Shown here: positions 37,912 to 48,366 of the stretch, piece after piece | Layout of the letters: each line of letters opens with the position of its first letter | Numbering within the stretch: the stretch's first letter is position 1 | Origin: Spirochaetia bacterium | Lineage (GTDB): Bacteria > Spirochaetota > Spirochaetia > SP-2023 | DNA length: 64,000 nucleotides | Assembly (NCBI GenBank): GCA_965263295.1 | Contig: OZ253665.1 | Span: 1,184,001 to 1,248,000, forward strand | Reading direction: 5' to 3' | Translations under genes and position numbers: made by a program | The notes under the pieces: model-generated | What the model was told of the DNA's origin: nothing | What the model saw: the letters and a program-made list of their open reading frames with translations, nothing else | Database searches by the model: none

Positions 37912-38577
37912 ATGGTGCAAAATACTTCTAACGCTCAATCCCATTACTCTCTTGTTTCGGGGATGGCAGGGCGAGCGAATTTATATATAGTGAGAGTTCC
38001 CCAAAAGATAGAAAAACATGTAACGATACGAAGTAAGGGGCATTTAGCAAGAATTACAGCTGAAAAAACTCATAAACTGGCAACAAATGCTCTTACGCTT
38101 TGGGATATTGATTGGACACTTCCCCCTGCCTACGGGAACCCTCCGGTTTGGCCGCCCGATCTCATTGGTTCGATATCGCACTCTTTACGGTATGGCGGAG
38201 TGATCTTGCTGCGAGCCAACGCCAATATAGGCATTGGGATTGATATCGAAGAGGTCGACGAGTCCGCGGCTTTCGTTAAGGAGGTCTTCATGAATTCTAC
38301 TTTGAAAGATAAAGGTGATCCAAAGGATCAGTGGGTACTGAATTATTGTTTGGGAGAAGCTTGCTTCAAGGCGTCAACTTCTATCTTTCACGAAGTTTTG
38401 CCTTTCCATCCCGATGTCTGGTGCGTCCCACGCAACACTAAGGAATGCAATAGAGATATGCATATTTTACCGGCAGCGTTAGCTCAGATGCAACCTCAGC
38501 CCCAAATTTATCAGCTGGGATGTATCCATTTAACTCCAGAGAAATCTCGTTTAGCCGTTGCCGTCAATCTTGTCTAG
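37912..38577 (+). CDS. 4'-phosphopantetheinyl transferase, EntD/Sfp-like
   Basis: GNPPVWPPDLIGSISHS, IGIDIE, EACFKA; somewhat divergent. Confidence 0.75.
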   Translation: MVQNTSNAQSHYSLVSGMAGRANLYIVRVPQKIEKHVTIRSKGHLARITAEKTHKLATNALTLWDIDWTLPPAYGNPPVWPPDLIGSISHSLRYGGVILLRANANIGIGIDIEEVDESAAFVKEVFMNSTLKDKGDPKDQWVLNYCLGEACFKASTSIFHEVLPFHPDVWCVPRNTKECNRDMHILPAALAQMQPQPQIYQLGCIHLTPEKSRLAVAVNLV

Positions 38578-38580
38578 GCC
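38566..38580 (+). mobile_element. Putative IS1595-type right terminal repeat AATCTTGTCTAGGCC, identical to 61376-61390
   Basis: Exact 15-bp match between the two accessory islands; contains the PPTase stop codon. Confidence 0.55.
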
Positions 38581-38708
38581 CTAGCCGAGCCAAGGGGGTG
38601 CTCCCTGAGTAATTTTAAAATAAAATCTCCAAGTTCTTTCTATATTAGCTAATATTAGTCCGTTTGAATTTATGTATAAATCTGATTTTATAGGAAATTT
38701 TTTGACAA

Positions 38709-40346
38709 ATGCAAAACTTCAGTAAAACGCTGCGACTCACAATTGGTCTGCTGAAAAATACCAAACAGTATTTGAAAGTACAAGCCTTTAATTTGTTTCT
38801 CTTGTTCTTATGTATACTGCTGACTATTTATTTTGGGATCATTACTAAAAATATCATTGACTTAGGTATCAGAGCAGAGAACAAAAATTCCCTCTTATTG
38901 TATACAGGGATGTATCTAATTAGTATTATTCTGGCATTCATTTTTAATATTTTGAAAGATTATATCACTACGTTAATTTCTGAATCGATTATCAAAGACT
39001 ACAGAAAAAATATATTTAAATCCATAAAACGTATTAACTTTAAATATCTAAGTGATTCAAATATCACGGGTAAAATATTGACAGGTGTCATTAACGATGT
39101 CGAATTAATAGGCTCATACTATTCGGCGTTAATTCTGCAAACATTAGTCAATACTGTGTATGTGTTGGCAACAAGCATCATTTTAATATATTGGAATTAT
39201 ATCATATATTTATTTTGTATAATTTTTATACCGATCATTTACTTTTTAACCTACTACTTCGATAAAAAAATTTATGAATTGTCATCCTTGACGAGGGAAA
39301 AACTTGAAAAGCTTCAAGCATTTTCTCAAGAATATATCTTTTCGTTAAAAAATGTTATTTTCTTTAACAATCAAAATGTTATCGATAGAAATAGAGACTA
39401 TTGTATTGATGAAATGGCTGCGCAAAGTATAAAAAATACATTCCTCATAAAATTATCAAGCCAAATAATAAAATACGTATCTCAACTGCCTACCATAGCC
39501 ATCTATCTTTTCGGTGGTTATCTGGTCATAAAAGGTTCTCAAGATTTTACTTTGGGCAAACTTCTCGCAATAATTTTTTATGCTGAAATGTTTTTTTATG
39601 GCATTAATACCATCGGTGCCAATATCGCCAAATCTTCAAAGTCAATCGTATCGTTAGAAAAAACCAATCAAATTCTGGCAATGAATTATCTTAAAGATAT
39701 CCAGGAATTTGAGCATAAGCTATTGAATCAAAGTTCTGTAGATAAAATTGAAATTGGCAACGCTTCGTTAATACTTGATAACAAGGAAATATTTAGTGAC
39801 CTCCATTGTATTTTCAATAAGGGCGATATAAATGTTATTTATGGTGAAAATGGAAGTGGCAAATCATCGTTGCTCTTTGTCATCTTAGGTCTTTACTCTT
39901 TGTCAAATGGCTACTTTAAAATTAATGATATTGTGATTGAATATCCATATACATATGGTTTAAGTGAATTTTTTGCTTGTTCATTCCAAGAAAATCCGTG
40001 TCTGAATTTCCTCAATATAAATGAAACTCTCAGCAAAGCAAAAAAGCATAGTAGATTTAATGAATTTAGAAAAAAATTGTTTTTAGACCTTAAAAAATTA
40101 GAGACTAATTTTATTGGCAATTATTCGGGAGGTGAGAAACAAAAAATTTCTTTATTGAATACTTTATGTTCGGATGCAGAAATCCTGGTGTTTGATGAGC
40201 CGACTAATCATCTCGATAAAGCTAGTATCGCTGGTTTTCTTGAGATCATAGAAGACCTAAAACGGGATAAATTATTGATTATAGTCACACATGAAAGGCA
40301 AGTATTGGCGTTTGCAACGAAGCATTTACAATTAGGTACGGCCTGA
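38709..40346 (+). CDS. ABC exporter, fused permease and ATPase
   Basis: About 6 TM helices, Walker A GENGSGKS, signature YSGGEKQK, Walker B ILVFDEPT, H-loop IVTH; very AT-rich. Confidence 0.92.
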   Translation: MQNFSKTLRLTIGLLKNTKQYLKVQAFNLFLLFLCILLTIYFGIITKNIIDLGIRAENKNSLLLYTGMYLISIILAFIFNILKDYITTLISESIIKDYRKNIFKSIKRINFKYLSDSNITGKILTGVINDVELIGSYYSALILQTLVNTVYVLATSIILIYWNYIIYLFCIIFIPIIYFLTYYFDKKIYELSSLTREKLEKLQAFSQEYIFSLKNVIFFNNQNVIDRNRDYCIDEMAAQSIKNTFLIKLSSQIIKYVSQLPTIAIYLFGGYLVIKGSQDFTLGKLLAIIFYAEMFFYGINTIGANIAKSSKSIVSLEKTNQILAMNYLKDIQEFEHKLLNQSSVDKIEIGNASLILDNKEIFSDLHCIFNKGDINVIYGENGSGKSSLLFVILGLYSLSNGYFKINDIVIEYPYTYGLSEFFACSFQENPCLNFLNINETLSKAKKHSRFNEFRKKLFLDLKKLETNFIGNYSGGEKQKISLLNTLCSDAEILVFDEPTNHLDKASIAGFLEIIEDLKRDKLLIIVTHERQVLAFATKHLQLGTA

Positions 40347-40365
40347 GATTATGAACAAAATTTAA

Positions 40366-40875
40366 TAGGGCGCTGTCAGTCATTTGAGGCTTTTTGAACT
40401 CTGCGAGGACAAATATCCTGAGAAAAATATTTCTCTGCTTGACAAAGCGTATTTTTGAGAATAGCCTCTCTTCAAGAATTGAGAAGGCGAGCTTGCGTGA
40501 TGATAGGGCTGCAGGTCAGGGTTGTTGTTACAGAAGGGACAACAGCAGATTGTACTCAAGCCAGCGCCTTGATAGAGGGATTGACGGCGGAGTATTTGTT
40601 GGCTGATAAAGGTTACGATAGCAACGAGATCATTGAGCAAGCGCGGGCACAGGGCATGGAGCCTGTGATTGCGGCGAAGAAAAACCGTATAGCGAAACGC
40701 GAGTATGATAAAGACTTGTATCGATTATGTAATCTCGTCGAGAATGCTTTTTTGCACCTGAAACGTTGGCGAGGTATAGCGACGCGCTATGCCAAAAATA
40801 CGGCATCGTTCCTGGCCGCCATACAAATACGGTGCATTGCACTGTGGGCTGGAATCTCGTGACTACACTATCTAG
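40366..40875 (+). mobile_element. IS5-family transposase remnant (C-terminal half) with right end
   Basis: VRVVVTEGTTADC, LLADKGYDS, YDKDLYR..NLVENAFLHLKRWRGIATRYAK; ends TGACTACACTATCTAG. The N-terminal part is missing. Confidence 0.85.
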
Positions 40876-40987
40876 ATTGTTAAAGGCCCTAAGTTTCGTT
40901 ATTCCTTTAAAGATACGGTTTAGAAGCCTTGAGACTAAAGCCAGGTCTTCGATATCTCTCTCAATAAATTGCATCTGGGTTAACGAG

Positions 40988-41220
40988 GCTAACGGCATGC
41001 TTGAGCAGTTCAACGGACGCATTAAGGAGGTTCTTCAAAGCCATCACTTCCTATCCAGGCGCAGCACTTGAAACAACGCTGCAAATATATGTCTGGCTAC
41101 AACCGTCAACTCCCGCAGTCAAGCCTGGATAGCAAGGCGCCCTTGCGGGCCATGGGAAATTGGTATAGACTCAAGCCCGACCTTTTCAAGAAGCAGCCAT
41201 ATTAAAGAAGGAATGTGACA
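40988..41220 (+). mobile_element. IS481-family transposase 3' remnant, frameshifted
   Basis: NGMLEQFNGRIKEVLQSHHF / LETTLQIYVWL / YNRQLPQSSL..KAPLRAMGNWYRLKPDLFKKQPY*; ends TGTGACA (IS481-type ACA terminus). Confidence 0.78.
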
Positions 41221-41226
41221 AGAATC

Positions 41227-42207
41227 ATGGAAACACCAGATTGCAATTGGAAACAAGGAGCGATAGAGCGGGTTGCCTTGGAAGTTATTAAAGAGCAGAA
41301 GCTAAAGCGCCGCTGGGGTATCTTTTTTAAGACCTTTTTTTTGATATGTTTAACCTTTATTATTGGATATTTGGTCTTTGAAGCCCAAAAGGCGCCTCAT
41401 TACGACTTCTTTGGGCGACGTATGAATGATTTATCCAAAGGACGTATTGCTTTGGTGAGATTAAGTGGCGAGATTAGTGCCTATAGAATCGCTAATGCGG
41501 AAACCTTGAGTAAGTTGCTGCGCCAGGCTATCAGTGACAAAGGTGTCAAAGGTCTGCTGTTGCTTGCCAACAGCCCTGGCGGTTCGCCGGTTCAGTCTTC
41601 AGGAGTGTATCAGACAATACGCGCGCTGAAGAAACAGTATCAAAAACCGATCCTGACAGTGGTGGCAGATCGTTGTGCATCAGGGTGTTACTACATTGCC
41701 TCGGCAACCGATGAAATTTACGCGGATAAATCCAGCGTCGTTGGTTCTATTGGGGTAATTTTCAACGGTTATGGCTATTCTGAGGCGGCGGAAAAGCTAG
41801 GTATTGACCTACGTACTTTTACTGCCGGAAAAAATAAAGACATCATGAACCCTGCGCGCCCGTTGACAGCACAGGATGTCGCATTTGTAAAATCATGGCT
41901 AGACAATACGCACCAAAACTTTATTACAGCGGTTAAAGAGGGGCGAGGAAAGCGACTCTCGGACAATCCAGATCTGTTTTCTGGCTTGTTTTGGGTGGGC
42001 GATGAGGCCAAGGACTTAGGTTTGGTTGACGGCTTTGCAACGCCACTGGAGGTGTCTCAAAAAATAGGTAACTATCCCGTCTATGATTACACGGAGCAAG
42101 ACACCATTGACAAAGTATTAAAAGAGTTTGGCATGGCCGCTAAAAAAGCCATTGGTGAAGTATTAAACCAGGTTTTGTCGCCAATTACAGGCATAGAACT
42201 TAAATAA
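41227..42207 (+). CDS. sppA: S49 family signal peptide peptidase (short SppA type)
   Basis: RRWGIFFK plus TM helix, NSPGGSPVQS, CASGCYYIAS, SVVGSIGV, TAGKNK, GLVDG. Confidence 0.88.
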   Translation: METPDCNWKQGAIERVALEVIKEQKLKRRWGIFFKTFFLICLTFIIGYLVFEAQKAPHYDFFGRRMNDLSKGRIALVRLSGEISAYRIANAETLSKLLRQAISDKGVKGLLLLANSPGGSPVQSSGVYQTIRALKKQYQKPILTVVADRCASGCYYIASATDEIYADKSSVVGSIGVIFNGYGYSEAAEKLGIDLRTFTAGKNKDIMNPARPLTAQDVAFVKSWLDNTHQNFITAVKEGRGKRLSDNPDLFSGLFWVGDEAKDLGLVDGFATPLEVSQKIGNYPVYDYTEQDTIDKVLKEFGMAAKKAIGEVLNQVLSPITGIELK

Positions 42208-42271
42208 TTCATCCCTTACGTTGCCATGAGACTCATTAAGATATGGCAAGTTTACTATTAATTGTATTAAA

Positions 42272-42872
42272 ATGACTTATGTCGTTAGCAAACGTTTGAA
42301 AAAAGAAAATACGGCGAAGGCGTTGTCGGCGCGGCCACTGGCGGGATTCATCGGATGCGCTAAAACTTATCTAGGTACTGGAAAAAGCGCGTGCGCCCCA
42401 TGCTGGAAAATCGGGCGGCGATGCGCGAAGCCTTTGCCCTTAGAACCGGACAAAGAGGGACAGATCGACATGGCACGGCTGCTCAACAACAAGCTTATGC
42501 TCGTGGCGGCACAAATCGCCCAGAAACGGGAAGGACAGGTTACCCAGGCCAACATTGATAAATGAAGAACTGACAGAATCCGGGGAAGGACTGGTGCGCA
42601 AACTAAAAGACCTGAAACAGGCGGGCCGAGTCAAACAGCAGCGTGAGCAGCACATCGCGACCCAAGCTGCCGAAAAGCCAAAAAGCAAGCCGCGAAAATC
42701 AGCGACCAAGCTGCGAAATCCGACATCAAAGGGCTCAGTAAGGAGATTGATGTTGAGAAGACTGCGCTCCAGCTCGACTGACGGCATCGTCCTTGTATCC
42801 AGTCATGACCCAGCGGATATCGAATCGATCAAGCTGGATTCAGGCCAGATCGCGCGACAGCTGGCCCCCTAA
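42272..42872 (+). pseudogene. Fragmented gene of unknown function
   Basis: Two short overlapping ORFs (97 and 105 aa) with protein-like composition across apparent frameshifts, at the island edge. Confidence 0.3.
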
Positions 42873-42934
42873 AATTGCGCCTCAAAATTCTAAGGCCGGC
42901 TGCGCTAAGAAACCAATAAGAAACTGTGGCTCGA

Positions 42935-45900
42935 CTAAGCCACTTGTAATAACTCGTGCAGCAGCAGCCAGAAACGAGGTTGCCGCAGGGTTAGGCAATC
43001 AAAGTTCACGGATACATGTTCCCAGGCTTCAAGATCTTCTTCCGACTTCATATGCTTGTAATTCCCTTTTGCCAAATTCCACTCAGCTTTGAGCAAATCC
43101 TGCAAATACTCTTGCCACTGCTCGCAAAGTGCCGCCTGTAGCCGGTGACAAAAAGATTCCTGCATCGCCAAATCTTTTATACAAGCAAATTCCGCCAGCT
43201 GGACCGCAAAATCCTTCGCTTGCTTTAACTGCGCTAAAAAGCCACCGCTCAAAGGCAGGGCTTCGCAGCGGCCACGCCACAATAGCCATATATAATCGCG
43301 CAAGGATGAAAGATTTCCGGCAGCGTGTCCATTGGCTTCCCCCAGGACAAATGAGTCTAGCGTGACCCCGCCCTGTAAATCCCAATCCAACTGCAGCAAC
43401 TTAGTCAAACGGCCAAAATATTGCGGAAAGCTCTGGCGCAGATCGGAAAACAGTTTTTTCTGTAACAAGCCGTGCAACTTGGCGGGAACCCCATAGCGGA
43501 TTTGATTCCAGCATAATAATGATTCCCCCTCCCACCACAAGGCAAATGCTTCGCCATTGACCAAGGCCAGCGCAGAGTTATTTGCTCCGGCTCCCCGCCC
43601 GATATCCAGCTCCATGCGCAATGCCGGCAAGGAGTAAGCCGCATGACGCCCAGGCCCCTCAGAGCCCAGCATCCGCCCCATAAATTCTTCTGGAAGTTGT
43701 TCCGTAAGTTCTGCTGAGACTTGGGTAGTTTCGCGCAGGAGAATACTATACTGGGGCTTGCGCCAGAAAGCTGGCCAACCGGGCCACAGACCCGGATCGA
43801 TCAGTTTTTTCTGTAATTGTTGGACCAAAGACTGCAAGCCCCCAAAAAGGTTTTGCCACTGCTCTTGTCGAAACAATTCGGCCCCCAATAAGCCCTCGCT
43901 TCGTAGAAATTCCCTCAGTCCCTCCGCGCCGGGCATTTCTGGCTCTGCAGCTGTAACAAGTTTCGCGCCATCTGCTAAGTTCAAGGCACAGAAGCGTGAC
44001 AACTGCAGAAAATAATCCACATCATTCCACAACTCCCGCTGCCATTTCGCATATTTCATGGGCACCAGGCATTCGGCCGACAATTGCTCCCCCTGAAAAA
44101 AAGATTCCGACAGACTGCGCTCCGCCCAGGAGTTTACGGGAGCTAGCCCGCTATAATGTTGCCAGAAATAAGTCGGCGCATCACACAAGAATAGCTCCAG
44201 TTCACGAATGTCACAGCGCAGCAACGACATAGAATGGTTTGTGCTGATCGTTACCGGGCCGCGGCGCTTGGCCGGCCGGTATGAACGCTCAAGAGCGCGA
44301 TATTGCTCATAAGCACTGCGGCTGTAAGTAAACAGGCCGGGTGCCGCGGGAGTGGACACAAAATAATCTCTGGCAAAAGGAAATAGCGGCTGTTCCCGGT
44401 GTAAAGCCCGCCAGACCTCCCCTTCCTCACGCTGTGTTTGCCGGGCAATAAAATGACACAGATCGTGCAAAGAGCTTGAAGGATTGCAAACACTGCCCGA
44501 ACTTAAGTCGCGATTCTGATAAGAAAAGAGCAGGCGCTCTCGCGCCGAAAGCAGCAACTCAGCAAAGATATGCTGTTCTTGTGACTCGCGGCTCAAGTGC
44601 TGCGGCAGCCTGGCACAAAGATCAAAGCGCAGAGGCGTACTGCTGCGCGGAAAACTCCTTTCGTTGAAGCCGAGTACACAAATCATGCGGAAAGGCACAC
44701 TGCGGTACGGCTGCAGTGAGGCACAGTTAATGCCTTGTGTCAGGTAGCGCCCCTTAAAACTAAAATTCTGCGCCAGCTTTTGCCGCAGCAGCTCCTGCAA
44801 TACGCTGAACGGGAAATTGATTTGACGCCAGCTTTTGCCCTTATATTTAGCCCCGTTCTGTTTGGCGCCCAACCCCCGCGACAAACTATCTTCAATGGCC
44901 AGGAGATTGCGCAAGCTGGTGTCAATGCTCCGGCGGTCTGAGCAGTCGCTGTAATGGGCCTCAGCGCGACAAAGCAAAAACTCGTCCTGCAGACTTTCCA
45001 GCAGGGCCACCCACTCGGAAATAGTCGCACGCTGGGGCAAGCTAGCGAGACGCTCGTGCAGGCGTAAAATATTCTGCAGCAGCGCGGCTAGCAATTCGGC
45101 GTCGTCTTGCCCTAGCGACAACTGTTGACAAAGGCCAGCCAGACCTGTCCCCCCAAGCGGGCCATCATCTATTTCCATTGCTTGCGACCAGCCGCCCAGA
45201 TAATCGCGCACAAACTGCCGCAAAACGCCGGGCCAAGCGGCATCGTTTGAGCCCGGCCTGGCCTTTTGGCTCTGCAAGCCCCAATTTGACTTCCAATGCC
45301 GTAACACCTTGCGCCAAAAACCATTGGGTTTAGACTGCAACAACTGTGACATTTGAACACAAGGGTTTTCAAGATAGCGCAGGCACTCATCTAGCGCAAA
45401 TGAAAACGGGAAAATGCCCGCCGGCTGCGCGATAGAATCCGTCCCTGCGGAACTGGAGACACTTTGTCCCGTATTCTGCCCCGTATTTTGCAGCGCACTT
45501 TGTCCCAAACCCAGCAACATCTCAAAGGCGGCAAAGTACTCGCTCAGGCTGGCAGCGACACCGCTGCGTTGCAACCCCCCGCCTTTGGCCGACAAGTCAA
45601 TAAAATTACAGTCCAGGCGGTAGTCGCCGCCACTTTTAAGGAAAATGCTCTGGATTAACGCCTGGTATTCATTGATATCCGGGGCCAGAATGGCGATATC
45701 ATTGAGAGACCAATCTGAATTCGCATCGAGGCTCGCCAGAATATGGTCTTTCAGAACCTCGACCTCACGGCGCTTGTCGCTGCAAGCCAAGAACAAAATA
45801 CTCTCGTCGTGCAGCTGTACTTCAGCCCCATGTGAAGCCTCCTTTTTGAGCTCTGGAGGCTCCTGCAACTCGACACAATCGCGCAGTTGCCGCCGCACAT

Positions 45901-46990
45901 AGTCTAGCAGACTCAGTTTTGCCGCCGTCTGCGGCGGCGCACTGTCCTGCCACTGAACCCGCGCGTCACGGCTGAGCAGCGCGGCACTGTGCAAACTGTT
46001 TTCCAGCCACAACGACTGAGGCAGGTTGCCCAGCTCGTCAGTCGTATGCCCAAGTGGCTTGCCATTTTGCAACAGACGGGCGGCATATTCGCGCAGCTCT
46101 GGCGGCAATAGAGCGGGCGTCAGCCAGAAGTGTTTCACTTCTGTAAATTGTGAAAGATAGATATAAAAAGACAGCTGCTGCGCACTGAGAAAACCCGAAC
46201 CGATAATATACAGGGATTCTGGCTGCAGAGACTGGCCATTCTGATCGCGCGGCAAAAGCCCTTGTGCCAAAACTTGGCCTATCAGCTCTCCGTGCCAGCA
46301 AAAGCCGTCCTGAGTCAAGCGCTGAACTCTGTGCCAGAGCCGGCGCTGCCAAGATTCAGCCTGTAAAGTATTTTCCAGCTCTTCTGGCTCAGTATCCCTT
46401 TTTGTGCGATCCTCAAATAAAACGTCTTTTTCTGCCGGCGGGTTTTGCAAAGCTTGGCGCAACTCTGCGCGGTAGCCGTCATACGCGACGAACAGCTGTG
46501 CCAAATTCTGGGCAAAGCCCCAAATATGCCGCTCTTGAACCTCACGGCCGAGGTCTCGCGCCCGAAGGAGCTCTAAAGTCTGCAACAAGGCCTTGGGCAG
46601 GTATTTTTCCAAGATGGCAAAACGACAGCTCTCAAGTAGGTGAAACAGTATGAGACTGACGATATCTGCGTGGATCCAGTTTGGCTGTGGTGAACTGGAT
46701 CCCATTTGCCGCACTTGCAAACGCGGGAAAAAATAAGACAGGTAGTGCTCCAGCACTTCCTTGGAGTGGCCCAGCTCCAGCCCCAGACTGAGACCCTGGT
46801 GGCGGGCCACGCACACTTTAAACCATTCGCCTAAAGCATTATTTTGCAACAGCAGTCGGGGCGGGCGGACAAATTGGCTGCGCTCAAGGTCAAGTTGTAA
46901 GCCCTGAGCGCCAGATCGACGAGACTGCAGTACCGTTTGCAACAGCTGTTCTGAATTCGTGCACGGATAAACGGTATAGGATCGCGGCAT
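42935..46990 (-). CDS. recC: Exodeoxyribonuclease V gamma subunit (RecC)
   Basis: REVEVLKDHIL, DIAILAPDINEY, LQPYRSVPFRMICVLGFNERSFPR, ELLLSARERLLFSY, QPLFPF. Confidence 0.88.
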   Translation of the reverse strand: MPRSYTVYPCTNSEQLLQTVLQSRRSGAQGLQLDLERSQFVRPPRLLLQNNALGEWFKVCVARHQGLSLGLELGHSKEVLEHYLSYFFPRLQVRQMGSSSPQPNWIHADIVSLILFHLLESCRFAILEKYLPKALLQTLELLRARDLGREVQERHIWGFAQNLAQLFVAYDGYRAELRQALQNPPAEKDVLFEDRTKRDTEPEELENTLQAESWQRRLWHRVQRLTQDGFCWHGELIGQVLAQGLLPRDQNGQSLQPESLYIIGSGFLSAQQLSFYIYLSQFTEVKHFWLTPALLPPELREYAARLLQNGKPLGHTTDELGNLPQSLWLENSLHSAALLSRDARVQWQDSAPPQTAAKLSLLDYVRRQLRDCVELQEPPELKKEASHGAEVQLHDESILFLACSDKRREVEVLKDHILASLDANSDWSLNDIAILAPDINEYQALIQSIFLKSGGDYRLDCNFIDLSAKGGGLQRSGVAASLSEYFAAFEMLLGLGQSALQNTGQNTGQSVSSSAGTDSIAQPAGIFPFSFALDECLRYLENPCVQMSQLLQSKPNGFWRKVLRHWKSNWGLQSQKARPGSNDAAWPGVLRQFVRDYLGGWSQAMEIDDGPLGGTGLAGLCQQLSLGQDDAELLAALLQNILRLHERLASLPQRATISEWVALLESLQDEFLLCRAEAHYSDCSDRRSIDTSLRNLLAIEDSLSRGLGAKQNGAKYKGKSWRQINFPFSVLQELLRQKLAQNFSFKGRYLTQGINCASLQPYRSVPFRMICVLGFNERSFPRSSTPLRFDLCARLPQHLSRESQEQHIFAELLLSARERLLFSYQNRDLSSGSVCNPSSSLHDLCHFIARQTQREEGEVWRALHREQPLFPFARDYFVSTPAAPGLFTYSRSAYEQYRALERSYRPAKRRGPVTISTNHSMSLLRCDIRELELFLCDAPTYFWQHYSGLAPVNSWAERSLSESFFQGEQLSAECLVPMKYAKWQRELWNDVDYFLQLSRFCALNLADGAKLVTAAEPEMPGAEGLREFLRSEGLLGAELFRQEQWQNLFGGLQSLVQQLQKKLIDPGLWPGWPAFWRKPQYSILLRETTQVSAELTEQLPEEFMGRMLGSEGPGRHAAYSLPALRMELDIGRGAGANNSALALVNGEAFALWWEGESLLCWNQIRYGVPAKLHGLLQKKLFSDLRQSFPQYFGRLTKLLQLDWDLQGGVTLDSFVLGEANGHAAGNLSSLRDYIWLLWRGRCEALPLSGGFLAQLKQAKDFAVQLAEFACIKDLAMQESFCHRLQAALCEQWQEYLQDLLKAEWNLAKGNYKHMKSEEDLEAWEHVSVNFDCLTLRQPRFWLLLHELLQVA

Positions 46991-46999
46991 TTTAAAGCC

Positions 47000-48094
47000 T
47001 TAAATCTTGACAAGCCAATTATCGGGATCGGGCAGCAGGCCGTACTGAATTCCCTTTAAGCGTTTTTGCAGCCACACCGCGATGCGATCTTCTTCTCGCA
47101 ATGTCTGTGACGGCAGGTCGTAATCCCTCCCCTTGTAGCGGACACTGTGGATGGGCACTAAACCCGCAGCCGTCCCGGTGGCAAAAAGCTCCACACCATC
47201 ACTGAGCAATTCATCAATAGGAATCGGGCGTTCTTCCACCCGCGTGCCCTCAAATTGAGCAAGTTTAATAACCGAATCCCGGGTTATGCCCGGCAAGATG
47301 GTGTCTTTGAGCTCTGGAGTTACCAAGTGGCCATTTTTCAGCAATACAAAAATATTAGATCCAGAACCTTCTTCCAGATAACGTTGCTCGCGGCCATCGA
47401 GAAAGATGGCCTCCATAAAGCCTTCTCGTTGGGCTTCGTGGCGAGCCAACATCGAGATGACGTAGTTGGAAGCACATTTGATCCAGCCGGTACCTCCGGG
47501 CATAGCCCGCACGCGCTCACTAATTAGAGCGCAATTTCTACTGAAGTCGAGATAATTGCTAACCGGTGTCGAAACTATTACAATCCAAGGTTTCTGGCTG
47601 CGGTTGACACCTAGCCCGGGCTCAGAATAAGAAAAGGGTCGTATATAGATGGAGTTCGCATTATTAAAACTGTCTGCCTCCCAACTCGGGTCGTAGTGAA
47701 CGGTAACGCCCTGGTCAAGAGTTCGCCGCATTAGTTCGAGCAAGACTTTGAGGAAAGCTTCGGGCGCCATGGTAGGCTGCAGTATGCCGGCCATGGAACG
47801 CTGCATGCGCTCGCCATTATTCAGGGGTCGAAACAAGGCCCAAGAGCCATCTGCCTGAGGGAATGCCTTCAGTCCCTCAAATGCCCCAAGGCCGTATTGC
47901 GAGGTATACGTCACCAAAGAGAGCTCAGGAAACTGATTGCGCATTGTAAAGACAGCTTGCTGTTCTTCGGCACTAAGCTGGGCAAACTCTTCGGGCGTAT
48001 ACGGACTTTTGTTCTGGAAATCTCCCTTCCAGCTGCCATCGTTTTGGAACTCGGCTAAATATACCCAAGAACATATATTCGCTGCAAAAGCCAT
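47000..48094 (-). CDS. ilvE: Branched-chain amino acid aminotransferase
   Basis: QYGLGAFEGLKAF, LFRP, YIRPF, GTGWIKCASNY, EEGSGSNIF, ILPGITRDS, GTAA. Confidence 0.93.
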   Translation of the reverse strand: MAFAANICSWVYLAEFQNDGSWKGDFQNKSPYTPEEFAQLSAEEQQAVFTMRNQFPELSLVTYTSQYGLGAFEGLKAFPQADGSWALFRPLNNGERMQRSMAGILQPTMAPEAFLKVLLELMRRTLDQGVTVHYDPSWEADSFNNANSIYIRPFSYSEPGLGVNRSQKPWIVIVSTPVSNYLDFSRNCALISERVRAMPGGTGWIKCASNYVISMLARHEAQREGFMEAIFLDGREQRYLEEGSGSNIFVLLKNGHLVTPELKDTILPGITRDSVIKLAQFEGTRVEERPIPIDELLSDGVELFATGTAAGLVPIHSVRYKGRDYDLPSQTLREEDRIAVWLQKRLKGIQYGLLPDPDNWLVKI

Positions 48095-48366
48095 ACCAGT
48101 CTCCTAATTCACAACTAACCCACGCATGATAGCAGAACCTGACAAAATACGGAATAGTGTCAGAACTTCTCTAGAGTACTAGACTTACAAATTCATCCAG
48201 GAGTTCGAATCAATATTTTCAAGTCCAATAGAGATCGGGACGGATAAACACAAACCAACGTAAACCCTGAATTGCGTAAACTCAAGTTTTCCGTTATTCT
48301 GAGGCCAATATTATTGCCGGCGATGCCGGCTGCCGCCCCACAGGAGGCCCGTATCCTGCCTCTTAA

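Noticed and set aside
48095..48366. T-box or tRNA-like element upstream of thrS (contains GGAGTTCGAATC)
   Set aside because: No GGTGGNACC T-box motif, terminator or cloverleaf could be built.
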